Shown piece after piece: positions 38,401-51,799 of a DNA stretch of 64,000 nt (position 1 is its first letter; each line of letters opens with the position of its first letter). Under the pieces are notes generated by a model that had not been told where the DNA came from, ran no database searches, and worked only from the letters and a program-made list of their open reading frames with translations. Where the stretch lies: assembly GCA_951406725.2 (NCBI GenBank), contig OX597831.1, positions 71,548,001-71,612,000 on the forward strand, in the 5' to 3' direction. Both the position numbers and the translations under genes were made by a program. This DNA comes from Octopus vulgaris (lineage: Eukaryota).

Positions 38401-38645
38401 TTTACTTTTATCCGAGGAAAGCAATATTACTTTACATTACGACTTTGAAAATAGTATTTTATTTTTGATTAAACAGAGATACCAAATTAAAATCCGCACA
38501 CTGTAAATACGCGGATATGTGCGCGAGTACATACACACATATATACACATACGTATGCAAACACCTAGATACGTATGTACGTATATACGTACATATATAT
38601 ATATGTATATATATGTATGTGTACATATATGTATATAGATATACA

Positions 38646-38735
<90 letters not shown>

Positions 38736-38807
38736 TTAGGAAGTAAATCCAAACTTACAGGGAAAAATTAGATTTAGGGTTAAATCCAATTTTATAGTAT
38801 AAATATA

Positions 38808-39048
38808 TTATATTAAATTAGAGATAAAACCACTATTAGGCAAATCAAGACAGTGAATAACATAAGCCAATACATAGAAAAAAATTAATAAAAAAAATAT
38901 AAAACATAAATATAAAAAATATAAAATATAAAATTCCAAATTAAAATATTTAAATTACAGTAAAAATTTAAAAAAAAATTTTCTATGTATTGGCTTATGT
39001 TTTTCACTGTTTGATTTGCCTAATAGTGGTTTTATCTCTAATTCAATA

Positions 39049-39050
<2 letters not shown>
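38808..39050. repeat. About 75-bp inverted repeat pair with an A-rich spacer, flanked by (TA)n
   Basis: AATTAGAGATAAAACCACTATTAGGCAAATCAA...CATAAGCCAATACATAGAAAA at about 38810-38882, with its reverse complement at about 38979-39049. Confidence 0.85.
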
Positions 39051-39116
<66 letters not shown>

Positions 39117-40424
39117 TCTTTTATTTGTTTCAGTCATTTGACTGCGGCCATGCTGGAGCACCACCTTTAATCGAGCAACTCGACCCCGGGACTTATTCTT
39201 TGTAAGCCCAGTACTTATGTATGCACATATATACGTGCGTACATATGTACATACGTACACATATACGCTAATACACAAGCATATGACTGCACATAAGTAT
39301 GAACATATACGTACGCTCCTCTGCGCATACATAAATGCATACGGATGTACGGATGTATATGTGTACATCCATGCACATAAGTACGGATATACATAAGCAC
39401 ATAAACACGTGCATAAGTATGTCAACACGTATTTACATGTAATTATATACGTAAGGATATACACTCGTACGGACGCTCATACATACGCTCGTACGTACAA
39501 ACGTATGCATATATGTTCGGACATAAATAAGTACGCACATACATAGGTACATACGTACATATGTGTACATGTATATATGTATGAACATACGCACATACGT
39601 TTGTACGTCAGTATATACAGGAGTACATACGTTTGCACATACATATATTTCTCTACTACCCACAAGGGGCGAAACACAGAGGGGACAAACAAGGACAGAC
39701 AAGTGGATTAAATCGATTATATCGACTCCAGTGCGTAACTGGTACTTAATTTATCGACCCCGAAAGGATGAAAGGCAAAGTCGACCTCGGCGGAATTTGA
39801 ACTCAGAACATAGCGGCAGACGAAATACGGCTACGCATTTCGCCCGGCATGCTAACGTTTCTGCTAATTCTCCACCTTAATGTATATGTATGCATGGACA
39901 TACACAATATGTCCATCCTTATGCACATGTGCACACATAGATGTATGCACATGCGTACTCAATACATATATACACACGTACGCACACACATAGGTATATA
40001 TGTACCTACATAGTTATGCACACACCTATGTATGCAGATGCATACCTACATATGCAAATACGTATGCACATATGTACAGACACCTACGCACATACGTAGC
40101 ACATACATACGCATGAACATATGTATAAACGTACATACGCACTTGCTTACGTGCAATATATGATGATGATAACAACAAAAATAATAGTTGTTTTTTAATT
40201 AACCACAATGGCTCGAAGAGAGGAAAAAGTACAAATCTTTCAATAGGTATTGCAAAATACCAAAGGATAACATAGCGTGTATAAAAATAAGAAAATTGGT
40301 TTTTAAATTAAAAAAAAAATGACGCGCCAAGAAGATTGTTCTATAACGTCTCTAAGGACGTTATAGAATAGAGGGAAGTATTGAAGAATTTTAAAAGCAT
40401 ACACATACTTATATGTTATGCGCA

Positions 40425-40465
<41 letters not shown>

Positions 40466-40584
40466 ACACATAAATACATACCTACACACGTTTAAACTGA
40501 TATATTTTTCAAGGAAATAGCAAAAGAAAACTTGCGAGAAAACGCAATAATTAAAACATGATTCAAACATATACATATGCACGC

Positions 40585-40631
<47 letters not shown>

Positions 40632-41199
40632 ATTTAGGAAGGAAAAATAGTCAATGGCAAAAAGTAGAGAAACAATTTAATCAGATCATGCTGCCATCTT
40701 CAAAGAAATTTGAAATAGAAAAAAATATTGCTGCAGACAGCAGCGAAAAAGATATCGTGGTGTTGAATACAAGGGAGGTCACTCCCAAGGAATTAAGATT
40801 GGCAAGGGAGGTAAGCCATTTCGTAATTACGGAAGGTGAAATTTGACAGATTGAATCGCGTTTGTGAATTGAGCCATGGACTTTGTGAAGAATATTACAT
40901 GCTTTATTTTCTAGCGAATTCTCTAGATATGTTTATATCCTTTACCTTCATCCAGGCATTCATCTAGCTACAGTCTTCTAATTGAAGACAGGCAACAACT
41001 CTGCTGTGTCATCTGCTATTGATGCGCTCAACGTGAAACATTCAACACCAGCACTTTGTCGGCAGCAAGATTACAAAACGACTTGGAATTTTGCCCGATA
41101 GAGCGCGCCGAGAAGAAGGCCTTAATACTGAGCATCCAAGGCTGGAATGTCCGCTGCAACAAATGAAGCATTTAAAGGCTTTCTGCTATGAAGAGAAAA

Positions 41200-43900
41200 A
41201 CAACAAACCACGAAAGTTGATACTCATAAGGTAGCGTCACGGACTATGGTGGTGCTGGGCACAATTTTGGGGTCGCTGGAAGAAGTCGCCTCATCCTCAT
41301 CGTTTAGGCATTCTGTTGTCTGTCATTCTGACTGAATGTCCACTCCATCTCAATCTGTACTGCAATAGCAAAGCTTCAATACTGAGGCATTTCCCTCTTT
41401 CAAGCACTTCATCGTCGCCGTCACTCACAAACGTTTTCCAGCTGATCCTCCTAATCCTTCTGAGACATTGTTGATCAAAACGTTCCATAAGTTTTAAGTG
41501 CTTACGATACAAAGTCCAGGTTTCACAAGCATACAATAAAAAGGTTATGATACTTGTATTGTATACCTACATCATTGTCGCAGTGGAAACACTATGCTTA
41601 GACCATAGGCGGTCTTCCAGTTTGCCAAAAGCAAAACATGATTTTCTGAACGCGTAGTGATACTTCATGATAAAGATTCGTTGGTGTGTTTAGTGTGCTC
41701 CATAAGTAAACAAACTAAGAAACCACAGCAAGCTTTCTTCTATACACGAAGATACCAGGTTCTACGTATGGCATTCCTGGTGCTGGCTGAAACACGACAA
41801 CAGTTTTAATTAGATTTATGGTTAAGCCAAGTGCCTCACAAGCCATAGTAATTGCATTCATAACATTTTGCATGTCCTCCTCAGTATGAGTGATAATATC
41901 ACAATCATCTGCATAGAGGAGGTCTCTATTAAGAGTTGAGGACGTCCTTAGCTGACAGTCTTCTGATGTTAAAGATTTTTCCTGTTGTGTGATATCTGAT
42001 ATATATGCCTTTATAGAAGCCTTTGAAAGCCAACTGAAAAACTATAGTAAAATAGAGGATGAAGAGAATGGGTGCTAGTATGTCACCTTGTTTTACTCCA
42101 TTCGTAATAGAGATAGGCTCCGAGAGCTTTCCACCATGTTGATCCTTACCTCCATGCCATCATGAAACTGATTTAGAATAGTGAGAAACTTTACTGGGCA
42201 TCCAAGTCTCCTCAAGACCTCCCACAAGGCAGTTCGATTGACAGAGTCAAAAGTCTTAGCAGGATCAAACCTGATAAAGTCTTATTTGCTGTTTCGCACA
42301 GTTTCCCTGTAACTGCCGGACAGAGAAGATCATGTCAATAGTACCCCTACCATTTCTAAATCCACTCTGGGCTTCAGGAAGAATCTCATTAGTCACATAT
42401 ATCTGCGGCCGGTCCAACATTATTTGTGATAAAACTTTGCAGGCTGTAGTAAGCAGGTAAATACCACGAAAGTTATTTTTTGTCCCTTACCCTTGAACAC
42501 AACTTCCATGACTGCATCCTTCCAGTCTTTTGGCGTAACTTCATTTGTCCATATCTTCTGTATTACTCCTGTCGGCATTTCTAGCAAGTAGTACCCCACA
42601 AACTTAAGTAGTTCTACATTCAGACTATCGACTCCCGGTGCTTTGCCATTGTTCAGCTTTGATACTATCTTTATTGTTTCCTCCACTGACGCGGTGTCAT
42701 CTCAGTGGGTGCATTCTGTGGAAGCATATCAATACTATTTTCATCAACAACTGATGGTCAGTTCAGAAGTTCATTGAAAATGTTCCTCCCATCGTTTTAA
42801 GATATCTTTGGGCTCTCTCAATAAAACATCGTTCCTATTCTTCACATTAGCCAAAGTAGGGTATGATGACCCATACACCTCACAAAGAACAGTATATAGT
42901 AATTTAGTGTTTTTAACATTGGAAGAAGCCTCTATCTCTTCTTCTTTCTTCCGCCACCAAGTATTCTGCACGCTTCGAATCTTTCTTTGCACATCTGCTT
43001 TTATCTCTTAAAAAAAAGCTCTATTTTGGTCAGAATCATTTGCTAGTAATGAATGTAATGTGTTTCGTTTTTATTCCAACAAATGTTGAATATTTCCATT
43101 ACTTTCATCAAACCAATCTTAATGCTTCTTCTTCTTTACTCCTCAAACAACTTCTTTACTTAAATTGTATAGTTGTCCTCTGAAGTCCATCCACTCATCT
43201 GTCCGATCCAAATGTTCAATTTCCTGTGAAATTCGATTCTAACCGTTTTATCCTTAAGGAGATTCACATTCTGACTTTTAGGGATGCCAGTGCCACTTTG
43301 TCTACTTTTTGGCTTCACTACAAACTTGATCTTCCCACGAACCAAGCGATGATCTGTCCAACATTCCGCTCCCTGCATGACCCGCATTATACAGAAATCT
43401 CTCTTACCTCGCTTTCTAGTTATCATATAGTCTATCAGGTGCCATTGTTTTGAACCGGGGTGTATCCATGTAGTTTTGAACTAATCTTTTTGCTGAAAAG
43501 CAGTGCTCATAATAAATAGATCCAGTTCAGAACACATCTGTAAAAAAGTAAGCCATTGCTGTTACAATTTCCCACCCGATGTCTCACTGTCTTTACCAAC
43601 TCTAGTATTAAAATCGCTCAATATGATAATCTTATCCTCGTATGGAATTTTGCGGATATTTTCTTTCAGAACATCATAGAAGAGGAGCTTTTCAGTTTCA
43701 CTCGCATTCACAGTTGGTGCATAAACACTAACAAGTGTTACATACCGACCTTTTTTTTTAAGACAACCTCAGCAAAATCATTCTATCATTTACATTGTAT
43801 GGCAATTCCTTTAACTTATCAACCAAGGAAGTTTTCAGAGCAAAAGCAACACCACTTTCTTTTTTGAAATCTTCTTTTTCTTTTTTCCCATTGCAATAAA
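41200..43900 (-). mobile_element. Degraded RTE (BovB-like) LINE: APE endonuclease and reverse transcriptase
   Basis: SGVAFALK, GAECWTDHRLV, GKAPGVD, QSGFR.GRGTIDMIFSVRQLQ, GVKQGDILAP.LF, LLYADD and YACETWTLYRKH motifs, with many stops and frameshifts. Confidence 0.92.
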
Positions 43901-43907
43901 ATACATA

Positions 43908-44216
43908 ATACATACATACATACATACATACATACATACATACATACATACATACATACATACATACATACATGCATGCATGCATGCATGCATGCATGCA
44001 TACATACATACATACATGCATGCATGCATGCATGCATACATACATACATACATACATACATACATGCATGCATGCATGCATACATACATACATACATACA
44101 TACATACATACATACATACATGCATGCATGCATGCATGCATACATACATACATACATACATACATACATACATACATACATACATACATACATACATACA
44201 TACATACATACATGCA
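43908..44216. repeat. Compound (CATA)n/(CATG)n microsatellite
   Basis: Alternating blocks are directly visible. Confidence 0.97.
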
Positions 44217-44324
44217 ACAAACAAAAATACCCTGTTGTTAATGCTGAAATTCTAATGAAGGAGCCTTCAATCTAGGTTAGAAACCGGCACTTTCTCTATT
44301 GGCAAGAAATAAATTAAATTAATA

Positions 44325-44355
<31 letters not shown>

Positions 44356-44413
44356 CAAATACATATACATATGTGTGTATGCAAACACACACACACACAC
44401 ACATATGATATGT

Positions 44414-44611
44414 GACCTCGTGAGTACCACCGGCGATTTTTTTTCCTCTGTCTTCCCTTCTCGGGATCTTTCCTTCTCCTATGTTTCCGACGAAGAGCTC
44501 CGCTTGAAAAGTTAAACCCTCCTTCTTCTCTTCTTTCCTGAGCGTCCAATAATACTATATTTGTTCCACGTCCTCGCGTTGTTGTGTTTTTTTGTTTTCT
44601 TGTTTGGATTA

Positions 44612-44616
<5 letters not shown>
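44414..44616 (+). mobile_element. Penelope-type mini-element (same family as 6540-6720)
   Basis: GTTT-CCGACGA-A-GAGCTCCGCTT-GAAAAGTT-AAAC at 44483-44517, running into (TA)n. Confidence 0.65.
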
Positions 44617-44673
<57 letters not shown>

Positions 44674-44738
44674 TATATATTTATATATATATATATATAC
44701 ACATATATTTATATATATATATATATATATACACGAGG

Positions 44739-44813
<75 letters not shown>

Positions 44814-44863
44814 TTTATATATATATACGAGGGTGTATATATTATTATATATATATATATATA

Positions 44864-45505
44864 TACGAGTGTACCCTCAAAGAAACCGGAAGTTTGCAAT
44901 ATTCTATTCACTTTGTTTTACATATTTTCACTTTTATCACCTTCAAAGTATTTTCCATTTGAAGCAGTGCATCTGTCCACACGCGTTTTCCACTGTTTGA
45001 CGCAGTCTTGAAACTCTTGCGAAGTAATGCTTTTTAACGTTTCTTCGTGTTTTTTTGTTTGTTTTTTTCTTTTTCTTTTTTTTTTCTTCATCTCTTCCAC
45101 ATCTGCAATTTCCGTAACACCAGCTTTCGTCACCAGTGATGACCTTCGAAAAATGGTCCGGATCATCTTCCATCTGTTCTTTCAATTCACAACACGCATT
45201 CACTCGTGAATGATTTTGATCTTCCGTGAGCAAGCGAGGCATAAATATTGCTGCAACTCTTTTCATTTGCAATTCCTCGCTCAAAATCCGTTGGCAGGAG
45301 CTCCAGGTCTCACCAGTCTTATCAACAAGTTCTTCAATTGTTCGGTGATCAGTTCATGAATTTTCATAATATTTTCATACGTTTGAGAGGTCGACGGATG
45401 CCCTGTACGATGTTGGTTTTCGCGCAACAATTCCTAAAGCGTGCAAAGCACTCGTAAATTTGTGTTTTGCCCATGGCAGCGTCCTTGTAAGCTGTTTGAA
45501 GCACA
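44864..45505 (-). mobile_element. Internally deleted mariner element
   Basis: LQMKRVAAIFMPRLLT...VITGDESWCYG joined to [36 protein letters not shown] at about 44864. Confidence 0.88.
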
Positions 45506-45628
45506 TATACACACAACAGATTAGACTGCTGGAAAAGGAAAAAATCCTAACATAAAGCTACGACAACATTACATGTCAGGAATCCTCTTAAGTATCCTAG
45601 TTGTCCCTGATAACAATATTATTATTAT

Positions 45629-45927
45629 TGGTTGGACTCAGGTTCGGTCTTATTCCTGGTAGGATTCATATGGGTAGAGGGTTACAACCAGTAATCTTAA
45701 GTATCCACAGATCTTCAGTAGTCTTTCAAGTGCTTAGAATGCTCCTGGATAATCCTTGCTGTTCCTAAGACACAAACTATTTGTAGGAGCTCCACAGGGC
45801 ATTCTATTCCGATTTCCTTCAGTCATTTGTCTATATTTCTGCTTACTACTGCCAACGCACCAGTTATTATAGGCACGACCTTGACAGTTCTCATACTCCA
45901 AATCCTTCCTATTTCAAATTTTACAGG
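45629..45927 (-). mobile_element. R4/Dong-clade LINE 3' fragment in (TAA)n
   Basis: EIGRIWSMRTVKVVPIITGALA...LLQIVCVLGTARII, with (ATT)n on both sides. Confidence 0.75.
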
Positions 45928-45992
<65 letters not shown>

Positions 45993-46380
45993 CATATGTT
46001 TGACTTTTGCTTTATATTTGTACAAGTTGGCTCCGAGTCTCACCCAGATACCTCAAGAGACAACAGGTTGGAAGTTCATGTTATGCCTAGTGTGCCATAT
46101 ATTTGGTTTTGTATTTAGTGTTGTACTAGTGAATGTCTTAAAAAAAACGAAAATTATGTTTGTTTTAAAATTTGAGATTACATAGAAAGTATTTTACGTA
46201 GGATATGAGCAGTTCCCACGAGCACTATCTTTTGAATTTCTGCCATTTTGGGGTTTCCTGATATCTGAGTTAGGTAGCAATCAGCCCCTTTTGCTATCAT
46301 TCCCAGGGCACCTATGACAACAGGTATTGTTTTAGTCTTCAGGTTCCACATTTTGCTGATTTCTATTTCCAGATCTTTAT
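45993..46380 (-). mobile_element. R4/Dong-clade LINE 3' fragment (different subfamily) in (TAA)n
   Basis: KDLEIEISKMWNLKTKTIPVVIGALG...IQKIVLVGTAHILRKILSM*, followed by a 3' UTR and (TAA)n. Confidence 0.85.
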
Positions 46381-46387
46381 ATATATA

Positions 46388-46455
<68 letters not shown>

Positions 46456-47084
46456 GAGAGAGCAGTGCATGCCATCAAAGTGACACTGGGGTAAAATATA
46501 CAAAGCCCAGTATACCCATCATGACTACCTGTCTGATAAGGGTACACCAGGTACATGTATCACAACCACATATGCATGACGTGGTGATTTTGATATCAAG
46601 ATAAACAGCGCATAACCTTGTAGGTTGGACCCAGTTAGAATTCTCCTCAGGCCGAGTAGCTCATCCCGCTCAAAATGTCCCTGAATAAGGTTTGTTTAAG
46701 GATGACGAATGAAACATCCATGTTTCTCTTGAAATTCTATCCAGTAGTTTAAAAGGAACTGCAAACCGATTGCTCATGTGCACTCTCCCCGCTTTTCTCT
46801 CTTTCTCCTCCTCTCTCACTCTTTCTTTCTCTCTCTCTCTCTTTTGACGAGCGCTTCTGCATAGCCCGGGTTCTTGTGTTTATATTCCACAGCACTTGCT
46901 CACCGAACTTTGACATTCCTGCAAAGAAGATCGCTTTTGTAGCTTGTTTTTGGTGGAAACGTTTGTGTTGTTGTTGTTGTTGCCTGTGATGATAATTCTT
47001 GAAGCCACAGTGAATGCAATTGTAGTGGTGTCGCTAGTGGCAGAGGTGGTGGTTGTGAAGGCAGTGGTGCTGTTATCGTTGTTG

Positions 47085-47226
47085 TCGTCGTCGTCGTTGC
47101 TGCTGTTGTTGTTGTTGTTGTTAGTTGATGAGGATGATGATGAGGATGAGGATGATGACGATGATGATGATGATGATGATGATGATGTAGATGATGAGGA
47201 TGATGATGATAATGATGAGGATGATG

Positions 47227-47266
<40 letters not shown>

Positions 47267-47267
47267 C

Positions 47268-47312
<45 letters not shown>

Positions 47313-47350
47313 GATGATGATGATGATGGTGATGGTGATGATGATGATGT
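47085..47350. repeat. (GTT)n/(GAT)n trinucleotide repeats
   Basis: Directly visible; source of the spurious poly-Asp ORF. Confidence 0.95.
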
Positions 47351-48022
47351 AGCTTAACTACCTCCAGATTACCAAGCTTGGAAAATTTTCCCTATTCTTC
47401 TTGTCGTTGTTGTCGATATATTTATTGTTTTCATTGTTCGCCGTGTTAGAAGTGATATTGTTGATGTTGGTGGTGATGGTGATGGTGATGGTGATGGTGC
47501 TACTATTTTTTGTTCCGCTTGCTGTTGCTGATGTTGCTGTTATTGGGGGGAAGGTTCTGTAATTTTTCAGGCTGTGCGTCTTTTTCCTTTAGCTTTGTTT
47601 TGTTTTAATCGTTTTTACGCTGTGACACCATTGTTTTTAATCATTTTTTCGACTGCCGTATATTGAGAACGTTAGCGGCTTTCGGAATGTTCTTTCTCCA
47701 TAAATGTTCCCTGCAACATGTTTTTTTTTAATTCTCTCGCTCCATTGTATTGCAGAATATTACTCTTTTACTTGCTTCAATCATTTGACTGTGGCCATGC
47801 TGGAGCACCGCCTTCAGTCGAGCAAATCAACCCCAGGACTTATTTGCAAGCCTAGTACTTATTCCATCGGTCTCTTTTGCCGAACCGCTAAGTTACAGGG
47901 ACGTAAACACACCAGCATCGGTTATCAAGCGATGTTGGATGTTGGGGGGACAAACATAGACACACAAACATATACACATACATACATACATACATACATA
48001 CATACAAACATACATACATACA

Positions 48023-48054
<32 letters not shown>

Positions 48055-48431
48055 CATATATATACATATATATACATATCTATACATATATATATATACA
48101 TACATACATATATACGACGGGATTCTTTCAGTTTCCGTCTACCAAATCCTCTCACAAGGCTTTGGTCGACCCGTGGCTATAGTAGAAGACACTTGCCCAA
48201 GGTGCCACGCAGTAGGACTGAACCCGGAACCATGTGTTTGGTAAGTAAGCTACTTTATTTCAAAACATTTGCCATAAAGGCAGTACACAGATTAAGTTAG
48301 CTTTGCGGGCTGGACGAGGACATTAATGAAGTGAATGATAATGAAAGACAGATGATGAGGATGGGAGAAGACAAAAAACGCCCGGCGACTTTCGCTTCTC
48401 TAAAACATTGTTCTTTTTAAAAGGATAAACA

Positions 48432-48566
48432 CAAAACGAGGTATTAATCCTCTTACAATTTTTCCAATTTTTGGACTTAGCAGTCCATTATTAATAAAAA
48501 TGCAAAACGAGGTATTAAACCTCTTTCAATTTTTCAATTTTTGGACTTAGCAGTCCATTATTAATA
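48432..48566. repeat. 71-bp tandem duplication in the 3' UTR of the ORF1-only element
   Basis: CAAAACGAGGTATTAA...GGACTTAGCAGTCCATTATTAATA at 48432 and 48503. Confidence 0.9.
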
Positions 48567-48581
48567 CTAACAGTTCAATAA

Positions 48582-49781
48582 TTACATATCGTCCTCGAAA
48601 TAGCTTGTGCCCGCGCCCTCCACCATCATACACGCCTCCCTCAGAACGTAATCAAGTTCCGAGTTCGCGTCGCCAGGGACCAAGCTATAATCTTCATTGA
48701 GCTCCTTTAGCCCAAGCGTCACGTCGAACGCCACGGCCTCCACAGCTATCTGCGGAGGCCATTCGGTGTCCTGTGTGAAGGCTAAAGGAGCTCCCTTGTG
48801 GTACTCTTCCATCATTTTTTTTTCAATTTCTCCTCCTCTATAGAAGAGGACCAATACCAGTTCTTTCGTTGGCGGCACAGTTCCCGCCAACGTCTGCGGC
48901 TCATGGATATCAGCCGCCCGACCTCTCTTTCTTTTTCTCCTCCTTCTTTTGGGGGAGGCTGCTGACCCAGGGGACTCCGTCACCAGACACGGGGGATCGC
49001 TATCCCCCTCCGCCACCTGAGCGTTCTTTGGCGAGCAACCATTGTTGCTGGCCTGTCTCTTTCTTTTCGTGGAGGCAACCTCCTCCACGACTTCCACCGT
49101 TTCCCCCTCCAATGAGGGGGCGGCGGGCGCCTTTTCCCCTTCATGCTCCGGGGCACCACCACAGCCCCCGGGACAATTCTTCTTGATATGTCCGGGCTTC
49201 AGGCACAGGTGACACTTGGGGGGGCGACCCTCGAGTATCACCGGGTACCTGTGCCCAGCCATTCTCAGGAAGTCCGGGAATTTCATTTCTCCCACGGCCA
49301 CCGGTGTCCACAGGGTCAAAGTTGCCTTTGACCCCTCCCAGGCGACCGCGGGAGCCATTTTCACACTCAGTAGCCTGGGTCCGCTATCCCCCAGGCCTCG
49401 CCGGATGGTCTTCTTGATCCATTCCGCCTCCGTGCCCGGGGGCAGCCCACAAACCCAGGCTCTTTTTACTTTTCTGCCACAATACGAGGGGAGGAACAAA
49501 ATTTCCTCTCCCTCCAGTGGCTCGCTAGCTAATCTGCTAGCTTCCTCGGGGGTATTAAACAGCAACCACACCGTTGCAAATTTATTCCCCCGAGAAATAA
49601 ACTTTATCGTTGGTAGGTGGTCCCCCAACTCTTTCTCTATGGTGCTCCTGTCGAAGAGGGCGATAGCTCCACGCGACCTAGAATAGGTTCGTAGGACCAC
49701 CGTCCTCTTCTCAAGACTTTCAATCCACTGCTTGGGTGGGACAACCTCCCATTCCAAAGCAGTGGTTTCTTTTGTTGCCAT
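48582..49781 (-). CDS. Intact L1/Tx1-type ORF1 (gag-like) protein, 399 aa, with a CCHC zinc knuckle
   Basis: Uninterrupted ATG-to-TAA ORF, GC-rich relative to its flanks. Contains CHLCLKPGHIKKNC (CX2CX4HX4C) and the basic tract PKRRRRKRKRGR. Homologous to three degraded ORF1s at 54.1, 55.8 and 59.8 kb. Confidence 0.85.
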   Translation of the reverse strand: MATKETTALEWEVVPPKQWIESLEKRTVVLRTYSRSRGAIALFDRSTIEKELGDHLPTIKFISRGNKFATVWLLFNTPEEASRLASEPLEGEEILFLPSYCGRKVKRAWVCGLPPGTEAEWIKKTIRRGLGDSGPRLLSVKMAPAVAWEGSKATLTLWTPVAVGEMKFPDFLRMAGHRYPVILEGRPPKCHLCLKPGHIKKNCPGGCGGAPEHEGEKAPAAPSLEGETVEVVEEVASTKRKRQASNNGCSPKNAQVAEGDSDPPCLVTESPGSAASPKRRRRKRKRGRAADIHEPQTLAGTVPPTKELVLVLFYRGGEIEKKMMEEYHKGAPLAFTQDTEWPPQIAVEAVAFDVTLGLKELNEDYSLVPGDANSELDYVLREACMMVEGAGTSYFEDDM

Positions 49782-51799
49782 GATTTTGAAAAAAGTTCAA
49801 CTAAAAGTTCAAAGTCCAATAAGAAAAAACACAATGACAGAACAGAAAGACAGAACAGAGAAAAGGACGAAGGAAGACAGTTCAAATAATGGCAACACAG
49901 TTCAACTAAAAGTTAATTATTTTTTTCTTTTCACTTTTTTCGGCCAAAAAATTGTATTCAAGGCCAAATGTACAGCTGGTAAAACACTTTGGTAAAATAA
50001 TCCTTGGTACTCCTTGGTAATTCCCGTGGATAACACAAAGACAATTTCAAAAACAATTTTTGCAGACGGACTACGCCGCTTTAAAAATACAATTCTCACT
50101 GCAAAGTGAGTCTTTACACTCGACAACAGGCAGAAAAATTATATCTGGAGCAAAGTGGAGTTTATTATCTGCTAAAAAATATTTAATGCTTAAAAAACAT
50201 TAAATGCAAGCAATAGACTTCACTTCGCTCCTAAAAATACAAAACGCCTACCTGTAGTCGAGTCAAATGTTCAATAGTTCACGTTAACACGTGACATTTG
50301 CCGGAGCAAAAAACAGCACGTCTGTCTGGTAAGAAGCTACTTACCACACAGCCACTCCTACGTCTATCATTAAGGATATATTCAAATCCATCTTGATTTT
50401 ATCGGGGAAATAATAGATTTCAAAGTTGAGAAAGAAAACATCAAAGGAAGTCGAAAAGTCCGACACATCAATTGAAGTGTTGTTAAGTAAAAATAACAAA
50501 ATCGTCAAAGCAGTTGGTGATGTATTCTTTATGATAGTCTAAGAATATTACGTAATCAAGCACACAAAGTGGCAGAAAATGGGGATCCATTTAGATGGTT
50601 CCAGAAAGTTTCGAATTCATCTCCGATTCGATCAAACTGCGAAATGGTTCCCAGCGCTCTGTGACGATGAGGGACAGAAAGTGAAGGTGCTATAGATATG
50701 GTACCGCAAATCAACTAAGGGCTTCCAGTCAATGGCTCAGGGCGAAAATAAGACGCCGCCTCAAGTGCTACAGACATATACAGCAGCAGCAGCATCAACA
50801 GCAGCAACAGCACCACCACCACCACCAACAACAACAACATCACCACCATCACAAACAACAACAACAGCAGCAGCAGCAACAATAATAACAAAAACAACAA
50901 CAGCGATTGCAAAAGAAGCAGCAGAGACTCAAAAACAACAGCAGGCTACAGAAACAACAATAGTAGTTGTATAGATTAGTAAGTATTTCCTACAACGTAA
51001 TCTATTTGATGACCTCTACTACTAAACAGAGTAAAATAACTTCCAAACATTAAAAAAAATGAGAAAACAACGGTATAACGAACAGGCGAAAAATCTGTTT
51101 TGTACTGACAAAAGATTTACATTAACACCGAAACTCCCCCTAAATCATTAGATAAGATGCATTTTACAACAGCTGGGATATCTCTAACTATAGTTACAAG
51201 ACAACTCCTGTCATCGAGAATAAAAAAACGGAAGTAGCAAAATGATTGATCGATTAAGTACTTCCGTATTTTCTGCAAAGTTTACACTGGGTTTAACAAC
51301 CACTTCCCCGTTTATCTAATATAGGAATAAAATATTTCTAATTTGGAGGTAAACCCTGCCTCAAATATACAGAGCGTAGGTTTTCATAATATTTGGAATG
51401 ATCCCATAATAGTTTGAAACAGCTGGAAGGGAGAAGAAATTCCATATTAAAAAAAAGATCAAAGTCACGCCTGGGGCATAGGCTTCCCGGATGCTGTGGA
51501 AAACTGCTGCGAAGGATTCCAAGTTTTTTGAATTGATTCATTGAAATACAAAATGTGGCTGGAATAGAGACGTGTCATTCTGCTGTCATAATCATTATTA
51601 CTGTATCTATACCAAATTTTCAATTACTTGTAAAATATTCAGTGCAACAAGATGTTTGAGAATCTGGGATTATTTTGTTACGTTAGAAAACATCTTGAAA
51701 CATTGAAAATAACAGCATTCGCAGAAATTTTCTGTTGTTTGTTATGACTCTTATCCTTCATCATATCCCCATAAAAGATGCTTTAAAAATATAAACCAG

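Larger units (their letters stand above)
48256..50326 (-). mobile_element. ORF1-only non-autonomous L1/Tx1-type retroelement (HAL1-like)
   Basis: 16-17 bp TSD, about 545-bp 5' UTR starting GACAGACGTGCTGTTTTTTGCTCC, a single ORF, and a roughly 325-bp 3' UTR ending AATAAA. No ORF2. Confidence 0.8.
47760..50362 (-). mobile_element. SINE family 1 split in two (47760-48255 and 50327-50362) by a 2.07-kb insertion
   Basis: The SINE sequence stops at ...GTAAGTAAGCTACTT (48255) and resumes with TGGTAAGAAGCTACTTACCACACAGCCACTCC (50327). Confidence 0.85.

Noticed and set aside
33651-44962. Long YI/MYVC/HT-repeat ORFs
   Set aside because: They are translations of (TA)n, (CATA)n and (CA)n microsatellites.
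46944-47357. Signal-peptide-like plus poly-Asp ORF resembling an acidic biomineralisation protein
   Set aside because: It starts at TTG and is built from (GTT)n and (GAT)n microsatellites among TE debris, with no splice or homology support.
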